A DNA stretch of 64,000 nt. Origin: Octopus sinensis (Eukaryota). Below, piece after piece: positions 11,171 through 24,480 of this stretch. The stretch covers positions 58,342,001-58,406,000 of the forward strand of contig NC_043012.1 in assembly GCF_006345805.1 (NCBI RefSeq), read 5' to 3'. The translations under genes and the position numbers were made by a program. The notes below the pieces were generated by a model. It was not told the origin of the DNA. It ran no database searches and saw nothing but the letters and a program-made list of their open reading frames with translations. Each line of letters starts with the position of its first letter. Position 1 is the first letter of the stretch.

Positions 11171-12369
11171 CGATAATACAGCACAGACGGCACATCTGTT
11201 CAAGCAGCTATTTTATGGTTGGGCCAGAACCGAAAACAACCTCGTTTCTTCAATGCCATGAATAGCACAAATAAATGGACAATGCTACAACTGTACCATA
11301 CAATGCAAAGCTTCAAATTAAATATTCAATGCGAAATATTTAATTAAACTCTATATATTATTTCGTTAATATTCCGTTTATGTATTTAATTCTCAAGATT
11401 CCTGATTTGAAATCGTTGTTGAAACATATTGTTATACTTGATGATGGTCATCTTTTGCCGATTAAACATAAACACTTGTTCATTTGACTTACACCTTTGC
11501 TATACTATCGCTGTTCTTTTATATGTTGCGAAATGCAATAATGCCTCGATATACAAATTAATTCTTTCCCGGAGAAAGCTCATAAATTCGAAAACTCGTA
11601 AACAGAAATAAAACTCGTAGACCCGGGGTCTCGTAAAGTGAGGTATTACTGTAAACTAGAGATAAATGCAAGTCAACTCTTACTGGTTGGAATTAATTAA
11701 TTTTTCTGTTTTATCATTCTATTGATAATTGCAACAACACATTTTCGTTTGGATCATTACCTTTTGACCGACAGATTTAAAAAATAATTTTTTCTAACTA
11801 AACACTTTAAAACTTCGGACACTGGTAGAAGGTATCATATAAAAGATCTTTTACTCTTAGCATTTTTGAGAAAAACTTATATTTACGAAGTTATTTCACG
11901 TTAAACTAGTCCTATTTCAGTAATTTCAACCAATCAATGACGTGTATTCAGCTGAATAAAATTACAGCTCGACTAAAGGCGGTACTCCAGCATGGCCGCA
12001 GTCAAATGACTGAAACAAGTAAAAGCGTAAAAGAGTAAAAGAGAGAGTAACCAAAGAAAGAGTCTGGATTTAGGTAACACAGTCCACAAGCGATTGTTAT
12101 ATGAGTTCATTTATGAGCGTAAATTGAGTACATGTGTTGCGTGTTTGGAAAGTATGTGTATGTGTGTTTGGTTTACTTAATGAACAGGTTTTTTAGGGAT
12201 TTTAGGAAGCATAATGTTTTGCAGATCCTGCTTGGATATTTGTGGATCACGATTTTTTATTATATAGGTCACTGAGAGCATATATATCAATCAGCTATGA
12301 AACGTGTTTCTTGCATTTCCAAGTAGTAGTCGAATTTAAGGGTTTGATTTGTTTATTCTGTGTGACAAT

Positions 12370-12852
12370 GTTAGTACAACGAGTTGCCAGAACCATTAAC
12401 ACGCCGGACAAATTCCTTGGCGGCATTTCGTCCGTTTTTACATTCTGAGTTCAAATTCCGTCAAGCTCGGTTTGGGCTTTCATCTCCTTTCGGGGTCGAT
12501 GAAATAAGCGCCAGTTGAGTACTTGCGTCGATGTAATCGACTCCCCGCACCCTAAAATAGGACTCAAGTTTTGTAGAAAGGAACACACACACACACACAC
12601 ACACACATATTATTTAATTTGTTTCAGGCATTTGAATGGTCCACGCTGGAGCACCGCCTTTAGTCGAACAAATCAACCCCAGAACTTATTCTTTGTAAGC
12701 CGAGTACTTATTCTATTGGTTTCTTTTGCCGAACCGCTAAGTTACAGGGATGTGAGCACACCAACATTGGTTGTCAAGCGATAATGGGGACAAACACAGA
12801 TACAGACCGACACAGACACACACGCTCACTCACACACACAGAGACACACACT

Positions 12853-12898
<46 letters not shown>

Positions 12899-12930
12899 AC
12901 GAGCTTCTTTCAGCCTCCGTCTACGAAATC
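12370..12930. mobile_element. Old SINE-B (+, about 12370-12580) and partial SINE-A (-, about 12612-12930)
   Basis: Similarity to other copies in the window. Confidence 0.75.
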
Positions 12931-12951
12931 TACATACACACACACACACAC

Positions 12952-12993
<42 letters not shown>

Positions 12994-13269
12994 CTTTTTG
13001 TGAACGATGTTTCAGACGAACATAAATAACATAAATATGTTGTAATAATAAGCAGTAATTTATATGCATATAAGTGAATCATGTATTGTTGAAATGACTG
13101 TAATGAAGAAATATATGTAACGCCACAACCTCCCTTCTTCAAGTTCCTGTATGCACGCATACAAACAACACACACACACACACACATACACACACACATA
13201 TATATATATATATGTATGTATGTATATGTATATGTGTATCTATATATATGTATATATATATATATAAAT

Positions 13270-13488
13270 AATTGAGTAGTTGAATGAATTATCTTATTAT
13301 GGATAATTCGGTTAACCGATACCTGGGTAGCAAATTCACGTCAGAAAAACACGGTTGAAGCTACATGCCTAGGGCAGAGATCACGTGCTATCGTGTGGAA
13401 ATTTGTGTGTTTTTTTTTAAATACAAATAAATGAAACAATGGAGTTGAACGACGAATTAACAACTCCGTTCAACTCCATTCTTTCATT

Positions 13489-13492
<4 letters not shown>
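13270..13492. mobile_element. PLE pLTR-like remnant with short terminal fold-back
   Basis: Homologous to the reverse complement of 19810-20015. Inverted arms AATGGAGTTGAACG / CGTTCAACTCCATT. (TA)n flanks. Confidence 0.6.
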
Positions 13493-13519
<27 letters not shown>

Positions 13520-13534
13520 ATGTGTGTGTGTGTT

Positions 13535-13840
13535 GAGGCGCAATGGCCCAGTGGTTAGGGCAGCGGACTCGCGGTCGTAGGATCGTGGTTTCGATTCCCA
13601 GACCGGGCGTTGTGAGTGTTTATTGAGTGAAAACACCTAAAAGCTCCACGAGGGCCCGGCAGGGGGTGGTGGCGATCCCTGCTCTTTCGCCGCAACTTTG
13701 TCTCACTCTTTCTTCTGCTGGCTTGCTCGCTTAGCCAGCGGGGTGGCATCATTTGAAGGCTAAAACAATGCGAAGCGCATTGTGACCAGCGATGTGTAGC
13801 AACACCCTATAGCCTGGTCGGTCACGTGATCACGTGATAT
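13535..13840 (+). mobile_element. SINE family D (well-preserved tRNA-like head)
   Basis: GGCGCAATGGCCCAGTGGTTAGGGCAGCGGACTCGCGGTCGTAGGATCGTGGTTTCGATTCCC head, then a non-tRNA body. Related copy at 37330-37472. Confidence 0.8.
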
Positions 13841-14804
13841 ATATAAATATATAAATATAGATATATCCTTAAATCCTTAAATCCTTAAAAATGTTTCAGC
13901 CCGAAGGCTGCGGCCATATGTAATAAGTATGCGTATTTGTGTGTATGTCTCTATGTAAATACGTACGCGCGTCGTTCTTTCTGAAAAATAAGGAATAAAC
14001 TACAATATTCAAAGAATATTTTTTTCTTTTTTTCAGTTTGACTTCACGTCGTTATCATTTTGATTGCTTTGCGTGTGACTTGTTACGGAACCCGATCGCA
14101 GACATCGAGATACTGTAATTAATAATATAGGATATACAAAACATAAGTTAAGAACCGCGAGATGAAGTCGAGACGAACATTTAGGGCGTAACAATTTCGC
14201 AGGAACAAAAAAAAAAAAACTAAAATATCTCACAAGAAAACAAGGGCTTTACACATCTCATTTTACGTTAACATATCCTCTCCACAATTTCTTTAAAATG
14301 TATATTTATTTCCATTCTGATTCATACGGATGCACATCGCGATTGGCCTCTCAAGTTTAGAGTTTATACTTGTAATATAATGGAGGTTGGGTGAGAGAAA
14401 TTAGGAGAGGCGAGAAGATCTGGCATAATCCATACATCTTATATATTGTTTATGTCAAACGTATTGTGAATGCTGTGTTTATAAGATGCCATCTATATTG
14501 CTCTTGCCACGGCCTCCCACAGGATGTTTAAATTCATTTTGAGACTGTGTTATGGTGATTATAATTAATGTGATTATACATACGTACATGCAAACATACC
14601 TATGCGTATACATATAGTAGGCACGGGCACACGCACACATACAAGCACACACACAAACATGCGCACACAGTATGTATGTGTGTTTGTGTGTGTGCGTGTG
14701 TGTTTGTGTCATGTCTAGAATGTTCTGTATTTGTGAAATAATACAATTGTTTGGTCTTAGAAGGGTGGAATTGAAGTAACACACGGTGTTGCAAATATCC
14801 AAAT

Positions 14805-14807
14805 CCA

Positions 14808-14863
<56 letters not shown>

Positions 14864-15063
14864 AATTTATCTATCTATCTGATCCCTTTTGATCGAAATT
14901 TTACATTTGTTCCCTTTTTTTTTTCCTTTTCCATCTCCGAAAAGAAAAGCTCTACATTTGTAATTGTCCCCTCTGTGTCCAGCCCTGTGTGGCCAATAAA
15001 GAAATTTATCTATCTATTTATCCATTCTTTTATTTATCCATCCATCCATCCATCCATCCATCC

Positions 15064-15137
<74 letters not shown>

Positions 15138-15138
15138 A

Positions 15139-15189
<51 letters not shown>

Positions 15190-15232
15190 ATAATTATCTA
15201 TCTATCTATCTATATATCTGTCTGTCTGTCTG
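14805..15232. repeat. (ATCT)n/(ATCC)n microsatellites with an embedded retroposon tail fragment
   Basis: Direct reading. 14955-15005 resembles SINE-B tail 1. Confidence 0.9.
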
Positions 15233-15830
15233 TACATTCAAACATATGTGTGTGTGTGCATACATAGTACAAATGTGTGTGTGTGTATAATTGTATATAT
15301 TATTAGAGATTGTTATATAGGTATTTGTCTCCTTAAGTGCATTAAACATATTGTGAATAAAGAACTCTGTCTTCAAAACAATGTCTCGGCGATATGTCAT
15401 CGATTCAAATCCTGGAATCCACTTCCATCCCTATTTCATACTTCAGTATCTCTGTTTTCTACGACTCTATACAAAAAGCCACTTTGGAATCATTTGATTG
15501 ACTTAAAAGAGAAATTGCTTGGTTGTGTGGTGAGAAGTTTTTTTTTGCTTCCCAACTACATGGTTGTGAATTCAATCCTACTCCGTTGCAGCTTGGGTGG
15601 GCAAACGTCTTCTACTATAGCTTCGGGCCGATCAACGCCTTGTGAGTAAATTTGGAAGAGAGAAACTGAAAGAATCCCGTCGTATGTATGTATATATATA
15701 TTTATAACAATAAGGGTTTTTGCAACAAGTTCCATTTACTACAAAAATATGTCTCCACAGACAACAATATTTGTAACTCACATATGGCAAAAAAAGAAGA
15801 AAAATAATGAAATCAAACAGTCTTCGGTTA

Positions 15831-15889
15831 ATTATGGACGTACGTTTCTGGATTAGAATCATAAGACTCATTTCCTTCATCAACATAAT
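15831..15889 (-). ncRNA. Type I hammerhead, UUGAUGA core, GUC cleavage site
   Basis: ATTATG-TTGATGA-a-GGA...TCC-a-GAAA-CGTACG-TC-CATAAT. Confidence 0.75.
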
Positions 15890-16173
15890 ATTCAGATAAA
15901 TCTAGAAATGCTAGGAAAACTTACCTCCTATATTTCCGATCAAGCGACATCGGAATATATAAAATCTAATTAGCATATCCACATTTATATAGACAAGTGA
16001 ATTCGTATTTCCCTCCATGAGTATATATATATATATATAACATTTAAAATAATGAGGGTGAAAAATTGAATATTAATTTGATTGATGTCAATTTTAAACC
16101 AGTGCTCTGGCATATAGAAAAATCTGAAGATTCAGAAAAAATTATATTACATACATATAAGATGGATGACAAC

Positions 16174-16257
16174 TAAGTGGACATCCATTATGCTAGAAGT
16201 CGACCCTTATGGTAAGACCATAGGGGGTCGACTTCTAGTACAATGGATGTCCACTTA
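16174..16257. repeat. About 40-bp-arm hairpin (fold-back end of a pLTR-like remnant, 16050-16270)
   Basis: TAAGTGGACATCCATTATGCTAGAAGTCGACCCTTATGGT and its near-perfect reverse complement. Confidence 0.85.
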
Positions 16258-16268
16258 ACGTATATCTC

Positions 16269-16308
<40 letters not shown>

Positions 16309-16980
16309 GTATTATTTATGTGTGCGTTTGTCCCTCCTACCGTTTGACAACCGGTTTTGGCATATTTACGTCCCCATAACCTGGCAGTTTGACAATAAAG
16401 ACAGACAGAATGATTACCAAGCTTTAAAAAAGTAATAAAACTAAGTTCTGGGGTCGATTCGTTCGAACTAAAATTCTTCAAAGCGGTGCCCCAGAATGGT
16501 CGTAGTCTAATAACTGAAAACAGGTAGGATAATAGTTAGATCTTGGATATACACTAAGAGGAAAGAGCGAAAGCCGAAAGGCGTTTGATTAAAAATCTGT
16601 TCGTCATATGCAGCCTGCAGCTAAACAACTACATCAAAGACTATTATGGATTCATTGCAGAAGTATTGTGTTCAATGGATTCGTGTACAAATGTAAAGCA
16701 ATAATAACGCGTGAAAATCAGTTCATGCGCGGCTAACATTTTAGAGCGAATTAGTACTGCATCAGGAATATCACAAGATCGTAGCGGAATCAATACTAAA
16801 ACTGGTGCTGCTAACCGAATTCGATAAAATCTTCAGTAACCACTCTTTCTAATGCTACTTTCGTATACCGAGAGCTGTTATAATTCTATGACTTTTGCAT
16901 TTGCGGCTTTCTTTGTAATAAGACTGCTATTGCGGTAAGACAAAGAGAGAGAGAGAGAGAATATGTGTAAATGATATAAA

Positions 16981-17305
16981 GAGCACTCCGTCGGTTGCGA
17001 CGATGAGGATCCCAGCTGATACGATTAACGGAATAGCTTGCTCGTGAAATTAACGTGTAAGTGGCTGAGCACTCCACAAACACGTGTACTCTTAACGGAG
17101 TTCTCGGGGAGATTCAGCGTCACACAGTGTGTGACAAGGCTGGCTTTTTTGAAATGCAGGTACTACTCATTTTTGCGAGCTGAGTGAACTGGAGCAATGT
17201 GAAATAAAGTGTCTTGCTGAAGGACACAACGCGCCGCTGGGAATTGAACTCACGACCTTGCGATCATGAGCTGAATGCCCCTAACTACTAAGCCATGCGC
17301 CTTCA
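16981..17305 (-). mobile_element. SINE family C (tRNA head, CORE-like GTGTCCTT.AGCAAGACAC)
   Basis: Reverse complement TGAAGGCGCATGGCTTAGTAGTTAG...GAGTTCAATTCCC. Related copies at 22033, 35825, 38710. Confidence 0.85.
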
Positions 17306-17545
17306 TTGTAAATGATATAATGCGTGCTAGCAATGATTTAACGTGTTAAGGTGGCGAGTCGGCAGAGACGTTAGCTCGCCGGGGCAAATTGCTTAGCGGC
17401 ATTTCGTCCTGCTCAGTTCAACTTATGCCACGGTCGACTCTACCTTTCATCTTTTTGGGATCGATAAAGGGACTACCAGTTGAGTACTTACCCAAACACT
17501 CTCCCGAAATTACTGGCCCTGTGCCAAAATTTGAAGACAATAATA

Positions 17546-18126
17546 TAGGGTGGAGCATAACGATCTCCCACATTGTGAATTAATATAAAAAGAGAACACA
17601 ACCATCAAGGACAACATTTGTTATGTTTCTGAAAAGCACATACAAAAACAGTTTATTATACTGGATTATAAAACTATTATACTGGGTTTTAAAAACTATA
17701 TTAGGCAAATGGAGGCTGTTGCTTTCTATATATTGATGCAGTCGTTCCTGGAAATTCTATGACTCTCCCTGTCATCTCAGCTGGTATTGCATTGATTTCC
17801 TCACGAATCCTTTCTTTCAAATCCTCAAGAGTTCGAGGACAGTGTCGGAATGCTTTTCCTTTGGGTTTACCCAAAGGAAAAATTCACAAGTGCTTAAATT
17901 TGGTGACCTTGCCGGCCACCCCACTTCTCCCCTCAAAGTTTTTGAATAATTAATGATGAATACGGAAATGATAGAATCTAAAAAAAGAAAGATACTTTTG
18001 TATAATCAATACTAAAGACAAAAGTGGTAGGTTTGCTACCAAATGCTCCCTGTCCCGTTTCTCTACTTTTATCTAAGTCCACATACTGCTTCCTCAAAAT
18101 GTAGGAGATCTCTATGCTCCACCATA
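17546..18126 (-). mobile_element. Internally deleted mariner-like DNA transposon
   Basis: TIRs GGTGGAGCATAACGATCTCCCACATT / AATGTAGGAGATCTCTATGCTCCACC, TA flanks. Minus strand WPARSPNL...LEDLKERIREEINAIPAEM. Confidence 0.82.
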
Positions 18127-18853
18127 TATAAAGTGACAAGATGGTGAGCTGGTGGAATCGTTATTACCCCGGGCAAAATGCTTTGCGGTATTTCCCCGAC
18201 CTTTACGTTTTGAGTTCAAATTCCACTGAGGCCAACTGTGCCTTTTGTCCTTTCGGGGTGAATAAAATAACCACCATTTGAGCAATTACACCTTACACCA
18301 AAATTGCTGGCCTTGTACCAATATTTGAAATCAGTAATGTAAGATGTTCGAATTTACAATACTAGCAAACTCGCTTGCTATGCTGCGCTGGGGTAACATT
18401 GAAAGTATTGATTTGATTCTTATAAGAGGTTGCATGAACACTAGTAATTAATCAACGGACACTATTGATTCTCTCAAATATGCGGTATGAAACTTCGTTT
18501 AAACTTCACTCCTTAGTTATTAATTAGTTAGTTGCATGATTATATATATAAAAAAAATTATAATCATGCAACTAGCTTCCACACCCTAAAACGTCTGGCC
18601 TCGGTCCAAATTTCAAAACCATTATTCTTACTATTACCTTTAAGTTGGCGAGCTAGTAAAAGTGTTAAGTATGCCGGGTAAAATGTTGGTTGAATTGCTT
18701 CAAGGTCCGCTGTTTATTTTTCACTGTGGTGTATTTCAAAACATTTGTATATTTAAAAACTGATATGCATCGATCCATGGCCCAATATAAGTTTATATAA
18801 ATTGTTGAATCTTTTGGAAGTATCCTTAGAATTTACATAAGCACACACTAATA

Positions 18854-18888
<35 letters not shown>

Positions 18889-19344
18889 TGTACTAGTATA
18901 TATATTAGACAAGAACAGATAACAAAGCCAAAGCTGTGAGGAGTTTTCAGGATATTTATGAGGAAAGAGATATAGTCTTACAGCTGTTTCTGGGATATTA
19001 AGGATATCCCTAAGTGCGAAGTAAGGAAATTATTATGGAAAAGTAGAAGATAGGGAAAATAGGGACAATATATACTATTGTACTAGTGTATATATATGTA
19101 TATTTTACTTTTTTATTCTTTTATTTGTTTCAGTCATTTGACTGCGGCACTGCTGGAGTCCTGCCTTTAGTCAACCAAATCGATGCCAGAGCTTATTCTT
19201 TGTAAGCGTATCATTTAACCTAATGGTATCTTTTGCCGAAACACTAAGCTACGGGGATCGGTTGTCAAGCGATGTTGGAGGAACAAACACACACACAAAA
19301 ACATATACACTTACATACATGCATACATACATACAAACATTCAT

Positions 19345-19412
<68 letters not shown>

Positions 19413-19469
19413 ATGGTGAATTGAAGAAATGGAGCTGAACGCAGATTGAACAGAAATCGTTTTATTTCA

Positions 19470-19549
19470 TTCTACACGTGTTTCGAAAGGCACAAATTCC
19501 AAAATCCGATTGAATAATGGGAACCATATTGTGTCTGTCTCTTCAGGAA
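19470..19549 (-). ncRNA. Type I hammerhead with extended helix II
   Basis: TTC-CTGAAGA-GACAGACACAA...TTGTGCCTTTC-GAAA-CACGTG-TA-GAA. Confidence 0.75.
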
Positions 19550-19724
19550 GAAAAAAGAAATCCGTTGGAAAACAAAAACAGAACAGAGGGGAGCAAAAAA
19601 CAAATCGAACTGTGCTCCTAAGAGCCCATGGCGAAACTCGCCATGGCTCTTAGGAGCACCGTTCGATTTGTTTTTTTGCTCCGCTCTGTTCTGTTTTTGT
19701 TTTTCCAACGGATTTCCTTTTTTT

Positions 19725-19802
19725 CTTCTGAAGAGAAGACACAAGATGGTCCCATTATTCAATCGGATTTTGGTAATTTGTGCCTTTCGAACACGTGTAG
19801 AA
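19725..19802 (+). ncRNA. Hammerhead copy lacking one A of GAAA
   Basis: CTGAAGA...TTCGAACACGTGTAGAA. Confidence 0.55.
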
Positions 19803-20236
19803 TGATAAAACGATTTCTGTTCAATCTGCGTTCAGCTCCATTTCTTCAATTCACCAATAATGTTTTAATTTCAATTATCCGCACCAACGCACGGTTGCAA
19901 CGCCAATGGTTGTACCTCCAACCGTGCTGTTTACTGCTGTGATTTTTTGCTACTAAGTATCGGTTAAACTTTTGATTAATCTACTACAAGATTATTCATC
20001 TTTCTATTTCACATAATATATATATATATATATACGACGGGCTTCTTCCAGTTAACCTCTACCAAATCCACTCATAAGGCTTTGGTCGCGTCCGAGACTA
20101 TAGCAGAAGACACTTGCCCAAGGTGCCACGCAGTGGGATTGAACCCAGAACCATGTGGTTGGTAAGCAAGCTACTTGCCACACAGTCCCTTCTGCGCCTA
20201 TATACATATAGATATATATATATTAATATGTGTATG

Positions 20237-20267
<31 letters not shown>

Positions 20268-21037
20268 TATTAATATGTGTATGTATATAGTATTCATCTC
20301 AACTGTCCGACGATCGGAAACGTGAAGCTCTGATTCAGATTTGGGAAAAATTTGCAGGTTTAATAAAAGCATATTACTCTACCGTTTCGTTTTCGAATAC
20401 TATTTTCCTACCTTGTTTAGCATCTATGTGCTTACTTGTGAGTCGGTGTGTGCGTGTGTGTACAATATGTATGTATATATATATATACATATACATATAT
20501 ATATATTCTTTTTGTTGTTTTGTTATTATATTCTTTGTTGTTGTTGTTAGTGAAGATTAACCAATAAAATCAGCGTGATGAAAATGTTATATAAGATTTC
20601 ATCACACTTTACGTTATTATTTTTCATAATTTAAAAGTAATAAGTTTTCCACAAGTTTATCCTCACAACCTTTTTTTTTTCTTCATAATATTACGTTAAG
20701 GCTTTTAATGTAGTTTTTTCTCTCTCTTTTTCTTTTCGCTGATTGCCAGCAAATACAAAAACCACACCTTCACAGCGTTCATTGCTTTTACCTTTTAAAC
20801 GGTTGAAAGGATATATTAATTTGAAATCTAATTTTTTTTTTCTAATAAGGATGTTTATTATTATATAATAACCCCTTAAATACGTAAGCTCAGTTTCTTT
20901 GTTCGGTTTATTTTTGAAACAGAATTAAAGAGAAGGAATAATTAAATTAGGAAATATATTTCTAATGAACTTTGGTTCGTTCAATTTTATTAATACTTTA
21001 ATTAAATTTGCGCATATATATACTTATGCATGTATGA

Positions 21038-21079
<42 letters not shown>

Positions 21080-21089
21080 TATATATTAT

Positions 21090-21121
<32 letters not shown>

Positions 21122-21173
21122 CATATATGTATACATGTATATATATATATTTGTGTGTGTGTATATGTATATA

Positions 21174-21241
<68 letters not shown>

Positions 21242-22032
21242 CTACACGCGCACGTAAGTGCTGTTTCTTTTTCATAATTATTACTTCTACACATAATTAT
21301 TTTCCCTTAATGTAAATTACATTAAAAAGGGTTCTTGTTACACAATTAAACCCGGTTCACCAAGAGTTGTGCAGTTGTGCATTAAGAGAGCAATTGAAAG
21401 AAAATACACAACTGCGTTAATTCATAATTTATACAACTTTAAGATGAGAGCCGCACATAAATGAGTCAATAGCAATAGCAGAGACAACGCCTTGGTGTTA
21501 ATAGTCGACCAAAAACACCGCCTTTGAGTCTGTAACCAACGCACTTAGCTCTCAAGTGAGCAACACTTTGTGAAATGTTTGTGTTTTCTATTTGTGTACT
21601 AATTATTATTTTCCAACACAGACTATTACCAATGCTTTACTATTTATTATATTCCTTACTGTTTCGGTAACGATTGAAGTTTTCCTTTCATAAGTGTTTA
21701 TCCTTAGTGGTCATGGTGACGAGGAGCTAGCCAGCTGACCATCGTCCTCCTTTTGCGTCAAGATGGTTCAGATGGTGAATGCATTCCACTAATGGTTCCT
21801 ACGTAGAATACTGAAGCCCACCTATAGAGTCAGAATAAATTCTAAAATCCTGAGAACATTCAATAAGACCCAGCCGAGCACTGGTATCAATTTGATCAAT
21901 TTAAGCCCAGCCCACTCCCGGAATAGCTGGTCTTATGCCAAAATTTGAAGCCATTATTAGTATTGTTTTTAAGGTGGTGTGCCGATAAATTCATTATCGC
22001 TGCGGACAAAATGCTTGTATATATATATATAT

Positions 22033-22383
22033 AAAAGGATAACGAGTAAAGACCCACTTAAGTCATGAATGCCCATGGGATTGAACCTACAAAGTTCCCT
22101 CCTAGGCACAAGTCCAGGCAACATTCTTTCATGGAAGAACAGAAGTCGTCCATGCATACCAGCCTTCTCTCTCCACGCCACCGATGTTATCTAAGGGAAA
22201 GGCAAAGGCCGATACAGCGTGGCACCAATGGCGTTGCAATTCAATTCTACAGCTGTGTGAACTGGAGCAACGTGAAATAAAGTATCTTGCTCAAGAACAC
22301 AATACACAGCCCGGTCCGAGAATCGAATTTACTACCTCAAGACTGTGAGACCGACGTTCTAACGACTGAATCAATCGCCTTCA
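22033..22383 (-). mobile_element. SINE with family-C-like head and a different 3' tail
   Basis: 22255-22383 matches the SINE-C head and CORE-like segment. 22033-22250 is unrelated to the SINE-C tail. Confidence 0.7.
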
Positions 22384-22391
22384 CATAGATC

Positions 22392-22480
<89 letters not shown>

Positions 22481-24084
22481 GAGGTTGACATAGGTAGCCA
22501 TTTTATGTACAGAAACTGTAGAATTGCAGAAAGTCTCTTTCGTTGAAAAGGAAGTAATATTTGAAAGTTGATCTGAGGCCAGGCTTTGAAACTGAAATAA
22601 TTAGTAGAAGCGACAATCTTGTCATTTAATAACAGACAAAAATGTTACATTTATTGTAGCACTATTAGTAGATCATGTTTGTGCAACAAACATTCTAACA
22701 ACTTTTGAAATAAATTTAATGTGAATTTAAATGATTTTAGAACGAATTTCATGTGTTATGAAATGGCTACAAACACTCTTCTCCGATGCCATTGTAAATT
22801 TATTTTTGGCTGGCGGCAGGAATAATACCTATAGCCACAGATCTTGAGCCAAAGTTTTACATCTGGCAGATTTTGATACAGGGAAAGTATTTTATCTTTT
22901 ATCAACGTCAGTCATTTGATTTCGGCCATGCTGTTGCGCTGCCTTGATGGGTTTTATTTGAAAAGAAACCGACGCTCGGTACTTTCCTTTTTTTAATGTC
23001 TGGTACTTAATCAATCGCTACATTTTGCCGAACCGATAAATTTCAGGAACAGGAACAAACAAACACCGGTTGTCAAGCAGTTGCAGGACACGCTCACACG
23101 CCCGCCCGCCCGCCCGCGTGCACACACACAATCAAACAGATTGCAAAGAGATTGGTGATCGTTTGCGTCTTAAAGACTTATACCATTTAAGAAAATCGAC
23201 GAAAAGAGTACTGTGATCTTATCGTGGGGAGTGGGATATGAAGCATATATGTGTGTTGGCAGGGTATACATGAACCACCTCCTCACAGTTTCAGTCCATC
23301 AAATTCATTCACAATCTCACGAGGCATTGATCGACGCAGATCTATATTAGAGGACACTTGCTGAACCGGGTGTCACGCAGAGGGGCTGAAACCGAAATGG
23401 TGTGATTGCCGTGCAAGCTTCGTGAGAGCGGTTAATTTGTATCAGTTACTACAAATCATTCGTCTCTTAGCACAATAGCAGCTTTGGTGGGGTAGAGTAA
23501 TATTCGAAGACCATACAGTCGTGACTATCCCATCTTAAATTCACTACACATATTTACTCCATTACCCAGTAAATTTTTTCCATTTTTCTTCTAAATGATA
23601 AACCGTGCATCTGAGGCAGTATTATTTGCTATATTTATCAAGGAGATCGACCAAGCAAAGAATCCCCTGTGAGCTCGTTTTACAATTCAGCTTAATAACA
23701 TTCCACCATAAGCCTATAGCGAACTACCTGAACTAAGATGGCGGTTCAGTATCTGATGCAGACATATAATTGTGACTCGCTGAAGAACACTTAATTCTAG
23801 ATTGCTTCAGTCCAATTAACTGTCAGCAATAGATATCAAAATATATAAGAAAAAAGCCAATTATGATAATAAGTTAATGGACAGCATAGAAAAGTATTAA
23901 TAATGGTTTCTGTTCTTCGGTTAGAAATAGGCTTTGGTAAAAGATGATTAATTTTGTTTTTTTGCAGAGCTGTGAATTAGTAGAGTGTTTAGCGCATCGA
24001 ACGAAGTGCGATGCGGTATTCATTTGTGTCTCTTGAAGCTGTAAGTTCAGATGTTGTCCATGGTCAATGAGGAAAATACTTAAC

Positions 24085-24480
24085 GGAGGGAATGAATATT
24101 GGGTCGAGCGGTTGAGTGGAGGACTGACCATTGGGTTGATCAGTTCAATGGAGAAATGAGTATTAGGACAATCAGTTCAGTGGAGGACTGAGCATAGGGT
24201 TGAGCAGTTGAGTGAAGGAATGAGTATTGGGTCGAGCAGTTGAGTGGAGGAATGAGTTTGTGTCGAACAGCTAAGTGAAGGAATGAGTTGATAAATCGAG
24301 TGAGACTAAGAGAAATATTTTGAATTGTTCAGTAAAGGAATGAAGTTTGAGGCAACTAGTAAAGTGAGTGATTGAGTATTGGCTAGTTGAGTTAGGAAAT
24401 GTTTACTAAATCGACTAGTTGAGTGTAAGAATGAGTACCGGGTAGACATACTGTGTGAAGGCATGGGTATTGAGTCAACG
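24085..24480. repeat. Degenerate 32-bp minisatellite
   Basis: Unit about AGGAATGAGTATTGGGTCGAGCAGTTGAGTGG. At least 6 clear copies, then decay. Confidence 0.85.

Larger units (their letters stand above)
15515..16530 (+). mobile_element. SINE-A split by PLE-type insertions in its internal microsatellite
   Basis: Head 15515-15685, tail 16320-16530, inserts 15705-16270. Confidence 0.8.
19411..20015. mobile_element. PLE pLTR-like element with about 220-bp inverted duplication (palindrome 19413-19858)
   Basis: Centre CCATGGCGA-AAC-TCGCCATGG near 19635. HHR in each arm. (TA)n flanks. Confidence 0.85.
19110..20198 (-). mobile_element. SINE-A split by a fold-back HHR element
   Basis: Tail half 19110-19410, head half 20030-20198. 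Confidence 0.85.

Noticed and set aside
13536-13607. tRNA-like sequence
   Set aside because: The acceptor and anticodon arms do not pair properly, there is no terminator, and it continues into a SINE body.
13865-13890. Telomere-like (TTTAAGGA)n
   Set aside because: Only three units and not TTAGGG. It is a retroposon tail.
20310-20340. CCGACGA...GAAG degenerate HHR-like string (also CTGAGGA at about 50871 and TTGATGA at about 53349)
   Set aside because: GAAA, helix III or the cleavage triplet is missing or too degenerate to support a call.
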